The notes under the pieces: model-generated
The model's input: the letters and a program-made list of their open reading frames with translations, nothing else
The model's database searches: none
What the model was told of the DNA's origin: nothing
Assembly (NCBI GenBank): GCA_965198115.1
Contig: OZ240241.1
Coordinates: 6,592,001 to 6,656,000 of the forward strand
DNA from: Candidatus Latescibacterota bacterium
GTDB lineage: Bacteria > Latescibacterota > UBA2968
DNA length: 64,000 nt
Direction of reading: 5' to 3'
Made by a program: the position numbers and the translations under genes
Part shown: piece by piece, positions 30,412 through 41,302 of the stretch
Layout: every line of letters begins with the position of its first letter
Position numbering within the stretch: position 1 is the first letter of the stretch

Positions 30412-31809
30412 CTATCGACGGGGTTCGCGTCTGTGCTTCGTGTGTTCGAAGCCCTGATGGGCGGCTGCGACGTAGGGAAAGGACCTGCGGAAAGGCCGAT
30501 CGTTTCGATCCACGCCATCGCCCAGTGCATTGTTGGGAGAGATGTTGAATCCCTCGACGAGCACGCCTGCCGCTGCACGAAGCGTGATGTCGACAGAATC
30601 GTCTGACAAGCGACGCCCGTTCGGGTAGCCCGCGAGATCGCCCGCGAGCACACCCAGCCGATTCGGGTTGGCGGCAGGCGGAATGGCAACGTTCAGACGC
30701 ATCTGTTCGGAGGCAGTGACGTTGGTTGGCTGATTCACGCCGGGCACGCCGGTGAGGAAAACCTGAACCAAATCGTCACGCGGTGACGGGGGCACACCGA
30801 TGCCGTAGAGTGCGTTGAGCAACGCTGCGGGCTCGGGGCTGGTTACGAAGGCGAGATACTGGCCGTCGTCGGCGGGCACAGAGCGATTCCATCCATCCTT
30901 GACGGCGAGAGAAAGGACGAGCTCGTTGACGAGCGGGTTTCCCATCCGCGAAACCTGGACCCACTCGCCGGAGGACGACCGGGAGCCGTCGGCGTTGAGC
31001 GTGGTCGTGGCACGGCGCTCCGCCGTCGACCAGATGCCGATGACGGCGGCATCGTCGGTGGCGTCGGTCGGTGTGCTGCCGTCGCTCGTGATGCCGTCGA
31101 TCGGGATCTGCATCGCGATGGCGTGGCAGTTCAGACCGGCCAGGTCGTCCAGACCGCCACCGCTATCTCCAGGTGCGCCCGGTCGGATTGTGAGAAGGTC
31201 GAAGATGGCTCCGAGGTCGACGAAGAATGGATCGTCCGTCGGGCCTGCGAAGAAGATGCCGTCATCGCCCAGGTCGTGGATGGCGGATTGAAAGAGGGTT
31301 TCGTAGTCCGAAGTGCTCGCAGCGCCGACGTTGATCGGCGCTGTGGACAACCCGCTTCCGACTGTGGTTTCGCCCGACGCATCCGAACGTGTGATCGTGT
31401 ATGTCTGGCGCACGTTCAGGTTCGGGTCGGTGACCGATCCGATCGGTCCGACGTTGTAGAGAAACGTGTTGGGGTTGACGACTTCCGATTCGAATTCGAA
31501 CCAGTAGGTCACATCCTCTACGGCATCGCCGTCGTTGTCTATGTAGAGGACGTAGCGGACATCGTCACCGAACTTGTGGAAGTTCGGTCCGCCGGCAGGA
31601 TCCTCGAACGGGATGTAGTTGGAAACGATCGTGACCTTGCTCGGACGGTCGGGGCTGACGAACGCATACAGATCGATGTTGTCTGCATTCGGGTCGGTGC
31701 TGATGGCTGGTGCTTCGCGGTGGCTGGATCCGTGGGTGAGACTCCAGGCGCCAAGCAATGCGAACGCTCCCACCAGGACGAACAAACTGAATACGGTTTT
31801 TCTGACCAT
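30412..31809 (-). CDS. DUF4331 family exported protein
   Basis: Signal peptide, SSHREAP, DLYAFVSPD, DDPFFVDL, GYPNGRRL. Confidence 0.9.
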   Translation of the reverse strand: MVRKTVFSLFVLVGAFALLGAWSLTHGSSHREAPAISTDPNADNIDLYAFVSPDRPSKVTIVSNYIPFEDPAGGPNFHKFGDDVRYVLYIDNDGDAVEDVTYWFEFESEVVNPNTFLYNVGPIGSVTDPNLNVRQTYTITRSDASGETTVGSGLSTAPINVGAASTSDYETLFQSAIHDLGDDGIFFAGPTDDPFFVDLGAIFDLLTIRPGAPGDSGGGLDDLAGLNCHAIAMQIPIDGITSDGSTPTDATDDAAVIGIWSTAERRATTTLNADGSRSSSGEWVQVSRMGNPLVNELVLSLAVKDGWNRSVPADDGQYLAFVTSPEPAALLNALYGIGVPPSPRDDLVQVFLTGVPGVNQPTNVTASEQMRLNVAIPPAANPNRLGVLAGDLAGYPNGRRLSDDSVDITLRAAAGVLVEGFNISPNNALGDGVDRNDRPFRRSFPYVAAAHQGFEHTKHRREPRR

Positions 31810-31886
31810 CCCGACGTCCTCCTACTCGAGTGTGGATAGGCGACGAACCCCGGCGAGTCCGAGAGTCATTGCCCATTCCACCGTAG

Positions 31887-31901
31887 GCAAGCCGTATGCC
31901 A
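31887..31901 (-). promoter_or_regulatory. sigma54 (-24/-12) promoter of the DUF4331 operon
   Basis: Minus strand TGGCAT-ACGGC-TTGC, about 78 bp upstream of ATG 31809. Confidence 0.78.
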
Positions 31902-31969
31902 TACCCCGATCGAAACAATAGAGGCTTGTTTTTATACGGCTTACGGTGAGGACGAAGGAATTGGCAGAT

Positions 31970-31987
31970 TGTATAGATGTGTATACA
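31970..31987. promoter_or_regulatory. Palindromic operator/UAS box 1 (TGTATA-N6-TATACA)
   Basis: tgtata gatgtg tataca; same motif recurs at 33237-33254. Confidence 0.6.
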
Positions 31988-32046
31988 GTCTGGTTGCTAT
32001 GTGAATCGAAAGATCGATAAGCGTTGATTTGTAGGACTAGTTCCTA

Positions 32047-33213
32047 CTGTCACGTCCCGCGTATAAGCTTCAAAAGTTTATGGACTTTCTCGAGGATTGA
32101 ATCTGCCGTGGCGGTCCAGACGAAGGGTGTAGAATTCTCGTTGTAGTGATCAGTGAATTTCTTGATGCAGGCGATCAGGTCCTTGACGCTTCTGAAGGTG
32201 CCTCGTCGAATGGCTCTTTGGGTGATGATACCGAACCAGATCTCTACCTGGTTCAGCCAGGAGGCATATGTTGGTGTGTAGTGCACGTGATATCGTTTCC
32301 GTGAGGCGAGCCAACGCTTGACGTTCGGGTGCTTGTGCGTGCCGTAATTATCGACGACCAGATGGATGTCGAGATCCTTTGGGACGTTCTTGTCGATGTG
32401 CTTGAGGAACTGAAGGAACTCTTTGTTGCGGTGTCTGGGCTTGCACTGAGTCAGAACTTTGCCGGATGCGATGTTGAGCGCTGCAAAGAGGGTGGTCGTG
32501 CCGTTCCGGATATAGCTGTGAGTGACGCCCTCGACGTATCCGAGACCCAAAGGAAGAATCGGTTGTGTCCGTTCGAGTGCTTGAATCTGGCTCTTCTCGT
32601 CTACACAGAGCACCATCGCGTTGTCCGGTGGGTTCAGGTATAGACCGACGATATCCCTGACTTTCTCGACGAAGAAGGGATCGTTCGACAGTTTGAAGTG
32701 CTTCTGTCGATGCGGTTGCAGTCCAAAAGCTTTCCATACACGTTGAACCGAGGACTTGGAGAGCCCCGTCTCGTCGGCCATCGAACGACAGGTCCCAGTG
32801 GGTGGCACCCTTCGGTTGCTTCTTGAGCGTCTTGTAGATGAGGGAGGAGATCTCTTCGTCGCTGACCGACCGTGGCCCTCCAGGACGCAATTCGTCATAC
32901 AGTCCCATCAAGCCTTGCTCGCAGAAGCGACGACGCCACTTGCCGACAGACGCTCCGGACAACCCGACTCGTTCCGCGATCTCCTGATTGGTCAGACCGC
33001 AATCGCTCATCAAGACGATCTTCGCGCGACGCACCAAAGCGTGAGACATGCTACGCGAACGAGACAATGACTCGAGTTGATCGTGGACCTCATCACTGAT
33101 GTTCAGTGGCTGTAACGGACGACCTCTAGCCATCGGTTCCTCCCAAGAATGAGTGCTTGAGGAACCATACGACAGAATCGAATGTTTTTCTAGTTATTCC
33201 TGGGACGTGACAC
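32047..33213 (-). mobile_element. IS630-family element; transposase 32050-33133 with frameshift near 32795
   Basis: IRs tgtcacgtccc at both ends, TA at 32045-46 and 33214-15; CVDEKSQIQAL, VVDNYGTH, SWLNQVEIWF. Confidence 0.93.
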
Positions 33214-33236
33214 TACAAGTACGTTCAATTATACGA

Positions 33237-33254
33237 TGTATAGTTAAGTATACA
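33237..33254. promoter_or_regulatory. Palindromic operator/UAS box 2 (TGTATA-N6-TATACA)
   Basis: tgtata gttaag tataca. Confidence 0.6.
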
Positions 33255-33551
33255 TATTTGCTTGCGTTTCCCCCCAAATCCATCCTTCTTGAAATAGATG
33301 AAGGGATCAGATACGTCAAGAATCGTTCTGGCCGATCCCGAGCCGAAAAATGCCGGGGGAGGTCGAGAGCAGAAGGCGAGGTGGATCGAGGGTGTGGCCA
33401 GAAGATGAATGGTTCTGGTCCCCCGGCCGTGTAAGTTATGCAGTTGACCAGACTTCTTGGCTTGCCTACAAAGGGTTCAGTGACCATTGACAAATGACAC
33501 GTGACCAGTGACCAGAGTCAGAGGCTAAACCCAAACAGAGACGAACGACGG

Positions 33552-35273
33552 ATGAGACTATCATCTCTATTCACACAGACGTATCGCGAGGCGCCTGCTG
33601 AAGCGGAGCTGGTGAGTCATCAACTGGCGATGCGAGCGGGTCTGATCCGACCGCTTGCAGCGGGCATTTTCAGTTTTCTGCCACTCGGGTTCCGGGTGAA
33701 GCAAAAGATCGAGCAGATCCTTCGGGAGGAGATGCAGGCCATCGATTGCGCGGAGATCGTGATGCCGGTGGTGCATCCTTCGGATATTTGGGAAGCGAGC
33801 GGACGGTGGTCGGACGTCGGGGCGGAAATGCTGCGTATGAAGGACCGGGCCGGGCGGGATATGTGTCTGGCGATGACGCACGAAGAGGTGATGGCGGACC
33901 TCGCGAGGCATTTCATTCACAGCTACCGCCAGCTGCCGACGAGTGTGTTTCAGATTCAGACGAAGTTTCGGGACGAGCCACGCAGCCGAGGGGGTCTGAT
34001 TCGGGTGCGCGAGTTCACGATGAAGGACGCCTACAGCTTCAGTGCTGATCAGGCCGGTCTCGACAAGGTCTACGACGATATGTTCAAGGCCTACCTGATG
34101 GTGTTCAACCGGGCGGGCCTGGGCGACGACATCCGGGTCGTGGAGAGCGATACAGGGATGATGGGTGGGACCGGCGCCCACGAATTCATGTTTCTCAACG
34201 AGGCGGGTGAGGACACGCTGATCGAGTGCGACAGCTGCGGATACAAGGCGAACCGTCAGGTCGCGACCCACAAGAGGGAGCCGGTAGAACCCGCGGATCC
34301 ACTTCCGCTGGAGGAGATCGCCACGCCGGACACCACGACGATCGATGATCTCTGCAAGCTGCTCGGCGTGGGACCCCAGCAGACGGCCAAAGCCGTCTTT
34401 CACATGGCGCAGATCGAAGGAGAAGACCGGTTTGTGTTCGCGGTTGTCCGTGGCGACCACGAATTGAACGAGACGAAACTGACGAACGCTGTGAAGGCGA
34501 CCGAAATGCGGCCGGCGACGGAGGACGAGATCAAAGCCATTGGCTCCGAAGCGGGTTATGGGTCACCGATCGGCGTGAAAGACGATGTGTTGATCGTCGT
34601 GGATCCTGCGATTTCTGAGGGAGCCAATTTCATTGCGGGCGCCAACAAAGATGGGTTTCACGTGCGGAATGTGAATGCGGGTCGGGACTTCGAACCAGCT
34701 ATCGTGACGGATCTGGTGGCGGTGGAAGCCGGCATGCCTTGTCCCCACTGCGGCACGGCGCTGACGACGACGCGCGGCATCGAGGTCGGAAACATTTTCA
34801 AGTTGGGTACGAAGTACACGGATGCCATCGGTGCGTCGGTTTTGGATGAGAACGGCAAGGCGGTGCCGATCATCATGGGCAGCTACGGAATCGGCGTCGA
34901 TCGCCTCCTGGCCTGTATCATCGAATCTCATCACGACGAGAACGGGATTGTCTGGCCGATGGGTGTTGCCCCGTTCGCCGTACATATCGTCGTGCTGGCG
35001 GGCAAGAAGCCGCAGGGCGAGATCGAGGCTGCGGAAAAGTTGACCACGGAGTTGGAAGACGGTGATGTCGATGTCTTGATCGACGATCGTGATGAGCGCG
35101 CGGGTGTGAAGTTCAACGACGCGGATCTGATCGGATGTCCGATCCGGATTACGGTAGGCTCCCGTGGGCTACAGAACGGGACCGTGGAGGTGAAGCGGAG
35201 GGATGCGGAGGAGAAAGAGGATGTGAGTTTGGATGAAGTTGTGGCACACGTGAGAGGACTATTAGGAAATTAG
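33552..35273 (+). CDS. proS: Proline--tRNA ligase (bacterial type with editing domain)
   Basis: MTHEE, QTKFRDEPR, REFTMKDAYSF, GIEVGNIFKLGTKY, MGSYGIG. Confidence 0.98.
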   Translation: MRLSSLFTQTYREAPAEAELVSHQLAMRAGLIRPLAAGIFSFLPLGFRVKQKIEQILREEMQAIDCAEIVMPVVHPSDIWEASGRWSDVGAEMLRMKDRAGRDMCLAMTHEEVMADLARHFIHSYRQLPTSVFQIQTKFRDEPRSRGGLIRVREFTMKDAYSFSADQAGLDKVYDDMFKAYLMVFNRAGLGDDIRVVESDTGMMGGTGAHEFMFLNEAGEDTLIECDSCGYKANRQVATHKREPVEPADPLPLEEIATPDTTTIDDLCKLLGVGPQQTAKAVFHMAQIEGEDRFVFAVVRGDHELNETKLTNAVKATEMRPATEDEIKAIGSEAGYGSPIGVKDDVLIVVDPAISEGANFIAGANKDGFHVRNVNAGRDFEPAIVTDLVAVEAGMPCPHCGTALTTTRGIEVGNIFKLGTKYTDAIGASVLDENGKAVPIIMGSYGIGVDRLLACIIESHHDENGIVWPMGVAPFAVHIVVLAGKKPQGEIEAAEKLTTELEDGDVDVLIDDRDERAGVKFNDADLIGCPIRITVGSRGLQNGTVEVKRRDAEEKEDVSLDEVVAHVRGLLGN

Positions 35274-35345
35274 GGAATTATGAAATTGGGGAATTGGCGG
35301 AACAATGCGGTTTTCCCGATCCCTCCATTCTAGCGGCGGTGCAAA

Positions 35346-35807
35346 ATGAGTGTTGAGGCAAGACTCGAAGAGCTTGGTTTGACGTTGCCCGAGCTGGCCA
35401 CGCCTGCCGGCGCGTATGTGCCGGGGAAGCGAACGGGGAATTTGATCTATGTGGCAGGACAGCTACCGCTGCGGGATGGCAATCTGATCTGTATGGGGAA
35501 AGTAGGTTCTGACGTGACGGTGGAAGAGGCTTACGAAGCCGCCAAACAGTGCGCTCTGAACGGACTCGCCGTGTTGAAGAGCGTGACAGGCTCATTGGAT
35601 GACATTGCACAGCTCGTGCGTGTGGAGGGATTCGTGGCGTCGGCGGATGGGTTCACGGACCAAGCGAAGGTGGTCAATGGCGCGTCAGAACTGTTCGCGG
35701 CGGTGTTCGGCGATGCGGGGAGTCACGCACGGTTCGCGGTGGGTACGAACGAGTTGCCGTTGGGGGCGAGCGTGGAGGTGGCGTTGATAGCTGAAGCGAA
35801 GACGTAA
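35346..35807 (+). CDS. RidA/YjgF family protein
   Basis: YVAGQLP, VVNGASEL, HARFAVG..LPLGASVEV. Confidence 0.92.
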   Translation: MSVEARLEELGLTLPELATPAGAYVPGKRTGNLIYVAGQLPLRDGNLICMGKVGSDVTVEEAYEAAKQCALNGLAVLKSVTGSLDDIAQLVRVEGFVASADGFTDQAKVVNGASELFAAVFGDAGSHARFAVGTNELPLGASVEVALIAEAKT

Positions 35808-35840
35808 GCCGTTGTCCGTTATCCGGCGAACCAGTCAATG

Positions 35841-35877
35841 AGGCCGCCTCGTGTGATTGGGGCGGCCTTCTTTGTTC
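35841..35877 (+). terminator. Intrinsic terminator
   Basis: aggccgcctc..ggggcggcct followed by tctttgtt. Confidence 0.75.
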
Positions 35878-36080
35878 TTCTGTTATGGTCTTCGACGACT
35901 AGGAATTCTTGATTCCTTCTTGGCCAAGGACGCTTGTTTCGGTTGCGCGTCATCACTGGCCGAATTGCTACGCGCAACCGGGCATTCCCGACTCAGATAG
36001 TCGGTCCTGCGTTGCCACGCCTGCTCGCCCCGTCTGCCTGCCGTAACTCGCAGAGCGAAGGCTGGTCTCCCGCTCTCTCC

Positions 36081-36900
36081 TCATCCGCTCTGCTCTTCCT
36101 CTGTCTCGATCTGCATACTACGCCAGCGATCGTAGTGGACGTGCATTCTGTTTGGCAGAAACTCGCGAACATTGTCGGCGAGCATCCACCGCAAACGCTT
36201 GTCTACTTCTTTGGGCTCGTCGTCGTCGCTGTGTTTGGACCAGGATGCGACGATGCTCAAGCGCTCGACGTCCTTCTTCATAACCCCACGATGGATCGTG
36301 TAACCGTGCCAGAAGAGGGTCTGGCCCTTCTTGAGATACATGATTTTCTGGCCGGGGATGTCGGCGTGGCGGGTCTCGGTCAGGCACTCGCATTCATACT
36401 CCGTTCGGTAACGACGATGACTGCCGGGAACGAGCTGGAGACATTCGTCGTCTTCTAGGGCGAGATGCCATTTGACGGAGGTCTGCGACTGGTTGAGGAC
36501 GGCGAGCTCCTCTTCTTCGCTGGCGTTGCGTGGATGCTGTCCGAAATCACGATGCCACCCGAAGCTCCAGTCCTGATCACGAGGGTTCGTAAACACCAGG
36601 ACCGCGCCCAGTCGAAGCTCCTCGCCCAGTGTGGCGTGTACGTAAGGCATGACTTCGTCACACATCGTGTAGTCGGCGAAGATGCCTTCGTTGAATTCGG
36701 GCGCAAACAGACCTCGGATGGCCCATGGTTCGTCCGTGTCGGTGCGGTGCGTGAAGATTTCAACGTCCTTGGCCCGCACTTTCTCGTAGACGCGTCGCGA
36801 GGCACGCTCGAGATCGGCCACCATCACTTTGGGCGTGGCGTCGTCGGCGTAGAAGTAGCCGTATTGGTCGAAATGTTCGTGTTGTTCATCTCTGTCATGG
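36081..36900 (-). CDS. Phytanoyl-CoA dioxygenase (PhyH) family protein; start probably affected by an indel near 36890
   Basis: WHRD, LVPGSHRR, TIHRG. Confidence 0.82.
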
Positions 36901-37046
36901 CTGACGCGCTCCAGAAGCTTGGGAACCACGGACCACACGGAATACACGGAAGGGGTAGTGAGTCGGAACACCGAGGCCCTGGCGGGGAGAAGATAGAGAT
37001 AGTCTCAGAAAGAGGACGTGCTGATCAGCTTTTGGCAATGGGGCCG

Positions 37047-38762
37047 TCAGGGGTGGCTGTAGAGGCCGCCGGTGCGTTCGTAGTTGACGCGGGCTTCGCC
37101 GTCGACGATGTCGAGTCTCGGTACGTTGCCGCGTCGATTGTCGCGGTCGGGGCCACGCATGACGGCGAGTTGTTCGTCGGTCATGCCCTCGATTTCGGGG
37201 CCCCAGCGATTCTCGGCTTGACACATGTCGCCGCCACTCCGGTTGAAGTTCCTGGACGAGTATTTGATGAGGATGCTTCTGCGGGAGATTTCGCTGTGCC
37301 AGGCGAGTGCGCCGTGGGTCTGGGCACCGTCCATGAAGAAGAGGACGTCGCCGGCTTTGAAAGTCGGGTGCGCGACGAGGTCCATATGGTCGTCGCAGGA
37401 ACGGACATCGGGCGGCAAGGGATACTGTGCTTTGTGGCTGCCCGGCACGCAGGCGAATCCACCATCCTCGTCGGTGACGTCCCGCAGCTGCCAGGCGACG
37501 GTGATGGCCTCGCAGTAGCTTCGTCCGTTTTTGAACACGTAGGACCGGGACGGGTTGAGTGGTTCGTTCGAGTCGTGCAGGGAGTGTCCGGTTGAACCCT
37601 TGACGGAGAGAAAGCCGGTGGGACCCCCACAGCGAAATCCGCTTCCGCCCATCCACGTGAGTCGATGCATTACGGCCGGGTGGCCGACCATTCGGCGGAA
37701 GGGCTCGCAATAGGGCTTTGGCAGTTCCATCAGCGCGCCAAGGAGCGGGCGGCCGGTCCCTGCGAGGCTCTTGGAACCGCGTGCGAGCTCGTCGCCGACG
37801 ACGATTCGATCGGAGAATTCATCGATGGCCTCATTGGCAAGATCCACATCCTCATTGGACATGATGTTCCGGATGACAAGGTAACCGGTGAGATCCCAGA
37901 AGTAGAACTCTTTTAGGTCGATACCGCCGGGGTCGAGGCGGTAGATGCCAGGATGGTGAAGTTCGCGACGATCCGCGACCTGAGTCGCCTCGCCATTGCC
38001 GACGATGGCCGGTGGCGGTGTGGTGCTACGGTAGCCCGGTAGGTAAGTGGCTGCGCGTTCGACGTCGGTCAATTCGCGCTTCCATTCGGGAGTGGGGTCG
38101 GACTGCACCATCGCACCCGTGCCGGCCGAGTCGATTACGCCTCGAGCTGCGAATCCGTAGTCGAGGAGGCGCATCCCACCCGCACCCTTCCAGCCCCTGA
38201 ACCCGCGCAAGACCGTATCAGCGAGCAGAAGAAGATCACCCTTTTCGAGCACGAGCTGTTTAACCAGGTCCATTTCGTCGTCCCTCATACGCAGGTCCTC
38301 GGGCGTTTCCACGTTCTCTTTGTGGGAACAGGGCACGACGACGAGACCTCCATCGCCGGGGCTGACATCTTCCAGCACCCAGATTGCCCGGACGAGTTGG
38401 CACTGGCGAACATCATTCTGGTGGAAATAGGCGCGTGACTGGTCACGAGGCTCGTCACCCCCCTCCAGAGGCTCGGCTTTAACCGCTTCTGCCTCGGTCA
38501 ATAGCCACGGTAGCTGTTCCAGCCTGAAACCCGAGCCACAGATCTGGTTGAGTTAGGAGACAAGAACAGGATGAACGAGGAGATCGCGGAATGGTTCCCG
38601 GTTGTCCTTCGGCCAGGCCAACATTCCCTTGACCTCGGACCGTGTGTCGAGCGCAGTGTTGAGCGCATCGACTTCGCCCGATTTGAGGACGCCCTTCAGG
38701 ATCAAGTAGCCCGCCACGTCGAACGCGTAGTTTTCCTCGTTGGTCATGATTTCGTTATCCAC
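37047..38762 (-). pseudogene. Two-domain PhyH-family protein with an in-frame TAA at 38553-38555
   Basis: ORFs 38553-38762 and 37047-38501 are in the same frame (HPVLVS*LNQICGSGFRL); VPCSHK and VPGSHK motifs. Confidence 0.8.
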
Positions 38763-38840
38763 GGCATTGCCTCCTGCGTGAAAGTCAATCCAGATCCAGA
38801 TCGAGGCGAATGTAGGTCGCAGACACGAGCTGTCAAAACG

Positions 38841-39620
38841 CTACGCGAGGAGACCTTCCTCGATCATCTGTTCGAGGATGATGGCGACGCCATCGTCGTC
38901 GTTGGCAAGCGCAATCCGGTCGGCGACCGCTTTGATCTCCTCGTGTCCATTTTCCATGGCGATGCCGACGGCCGCGCGTTCGATCATGTCGCGGTCGCTG
39001 AGGTCATCGCCGATTGCGATAACGTTATCGAAGGATTCGGCCCACACATCGAGGACAATGCCGATGCCCGCGGCCTTGTTGACGTCTCGTGCCATGATCA
39101 TCGCGATCACCCCGTCGGCCACGACGCATCGCACCTCATCGGGGAGCCCTGCGAGAATCGGCTTCGGATCGTCGATACGTGTCAAGTCGAGTATGATCTT
39201 GACGGGCGATCCGTCGAGTGGTGCGGCGAGGTCGACGACGGTGTGCTCGAGAGGCATCCCGTGGTACGGAGTTAGAGGCTGATTCGCGTAAAGATGATCA
39301 TCGATTTCGTAGGAGATGGGAGCGCCGACAGGCGCTCTCGTGGCGAGTGTGGTGAGGATGTGTTGGGCCGTCGCCACAGGGATCGTCCTGTCGTGAATCC
39401 GGTTGCCATCGACTACGACGAGCGCCCCCGTATAGTAGATGCGGGGAGCTTGGGGAAGACGGTTGCCGAGGAGTTCTTCCGTTGTCCGAGGCGGGCGCGC
39501 AGTGGCGACAACGACTCGGTGACCCCGTCTCTGTACGGTGTCGAGCGCCCGATCGGTTCGTTCGGAGATGGTCTTGTCGGAGCGGAGGAGGGTGCCGTCG
39601 AGGTCGAACGCGATGATCAT
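38841..39620 (-). CDS. Cof-type HAD-IIB hydrolase
   Basis: AFDLDGTLL, ATAR, NKAAG, IGDDLSDRDM. Confidence 0.92.
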   Translation of the reverse strand: MIIAFDLDGTLLRSDKTISERTDRALDTVQRRGHRVVVATARPPRTTEELLGNRLPQAPRIYYTGALVVVDGNRIHDRTIPVATAQHILTTLATRAPVGAPISYEIDDHLYANQPLTPYHGMPLEHTVVDLAAPLDGSPVKIILDLTRIDDPKPILAGLPDEVRCVVADGVIAMIMARDVNKAAGIGIVLDVWAESFDNVIAIGDDLSDRDMIERAAVGIAMENGHEEIKAVADRIALANDDDGVAIILEQMIEEGLLA

Positions 39621-39717
39621 CGAGGATCGAGAATCGAGGATTGAATATTGGATACCCTTACGCAAAAGTCCCCTCCCAAGGTGGAAGGGGACCGCAAGGA
39701 GAGGCTCTCAGGATCGT

Positions 39718-40008
39718 TCAGCGTCGTCGTCGTCGTCCGCCACGGGGGCGGTTGTTGCGAGGACCGCGTGGGCCGCCCGGCCGTGGATCGCCGGCGTCGC
39801 GGTAGGTAATTCGGCCGCGGTTGAGGTCGTAGGGTGACGTCTCGATGGTTACTTTATCGCCCACGACGATGCGAATGTTGAATCTTCGCATCTTTCCCGA
39901 TGTATAGCCAAGAATCTGATGCCCGCCTTCGATTTCGACCATGTACTGCCCGTCGGGCAGGATGTCGACAACCGATCCTTCAAGTACGACCTTTTCCTCT
40001 TTCGCCAT
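39718..40008 (-). CDS. infA: Translation initiation factor IF-1 with Arg/Gly/Pro-rich tail
   Basis: [33 protein letters not shown]. Confidence 0.95.
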   Translation of the reverse strand: MAKEEKVVLEGSVVDILPDGQYMVEIEGGHQILGYTSGKMRRFNIRIVVGDKVTIETSPYDLNRGRITYRDAGDPRPGGPRGPRNNRPRGGRRRRR

Positions 40009-40289
40009 GCAGCCTCCGAGCGAGGTGAAACTCATCCCGAACGCTTAAGGGTCACACATTGCTCTTTTATTGTCAAGCACTTATGAGTGACCATTGACAG
40101 ATGACCAGTGACCAGTGACCAAAGAAGAGCGGGGATCCCTGCACGTCAGAAGTATTGCTTTAGGGGGTCGGAAAGACGCCGATACATGGAAGGAGGTGTG
40201 GAATCGGCACAACGGGCGCCGATACGCGCGTCAACCCGCCCGACCAATGGGGCCCTTCGGGGTGGTCGAGCGTCACAAAGGGGTGGATC

Positions 40290-41302
40290 ATGCAGATCGC
40301 ATCGGCGGACGTGCGCCTTTCGGCGTCGCATTTTTCGGAAACAGTCTACTCCCGGCAAGAAACGTTGACGACCGGGACGGTGTCCGGCGTGGACGGATCG
40401 TTGAGATCCGGTCAGGTCGCGACACGTTCTCAAGAGCAGGCCGACCCTTTTAGGCAGGGCACGGACCTGCTCGATTTGTTTCAGGGCGGTCAGGATCTCA
40501 CGACGCGCGAAGATGTGGCGGTGGAAAACCTGGTGGCGAGTGAGAGTGCGGCTGCCGTGCGTCCGAGCCTGCTTGAGATGGTGAGGGCTCGTTTGAAAGA
40601 GCTGGTCCAAACGACTGGCCTGACGGATCCGCTCGAGGCTCTGAAGATGACGCCGCAAGATCAGATGCGAATGGATATGATTGCGGCCGTCGTGGAGCGG
40701 TTCACGGGAAAACGGATCCAGCTGATGGATCCGGAAGCATTCCTCGAAGCGCGTGAACAAAGCCTGGCCGATGTGGCCGAGCAGGCTGCGGCGTTGTCCG
40801 ACGCCCAGACGGCGGGCGACGGTGTGGGGACCGAGGTGTATGGAATTGACTACCAGCTCGTGGAATCGTATCGGGAATCCGAGACGACCACGTTTGAAGC
40901 CGAGGGTCAGATCGAAACATTGGACGGTCAGTCCATATCTGTCGACATCTCGGTGACGATGAGTCGGAGTTTCGCGATCGAGCAGCGTGTTTCATACTCG
41001 GAAGGGGCTGATGTGACCGATCCGCTCGTGATCAACTTCAACGGGACGGCGGCGGAGTTGACGGAGCGGTCCTTTGAATTCGATATCGATTCCGACGGTC
41101 AGACGGACCAAATTGCGACGCCAGGCACGAACAGTGGTTTTCTGGCGCTAGACCAGAATGGCGATGGATCGATCAACGATGGATCCGAACTGTTCGGGCC
41201 GACGACGGGTGACGGTTTCGCTGAACTGGCCGCCTATGACGAGGATGGCAACGGCTTTGTGGATTCGGGCGATTCGATCTTCGACCAGCTGCGCATTTAT
41301 AT
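40290..41302 (+). pseudogene. Conserved hypothetical protein with DxDxDG Ca-binding loops, truncated by ISL3
   Basis: DPLVINF, FDIDSDG, LALDQNGDG..GSELFG; the last codons of the ORF lie inside the IS end. Confidence 0.72.

Noticed and set aside
32012-32032. IHF site upstream of the sigma54 promoter
   Set aside because: AATCAA is present but the TTR half is off by one base from WATCAANNNNTTR.
32780-32810. Programmed frameshift in the IS630 transposase
   Set aside because: The shift is at a short G run with no A-rich slippery heptamer and fits the window-wide indel pattern.
33260-33550. T-box riboswitch upstream of proS
   Set aside because: No T-box consensus or terminator/antiterminator recognised.
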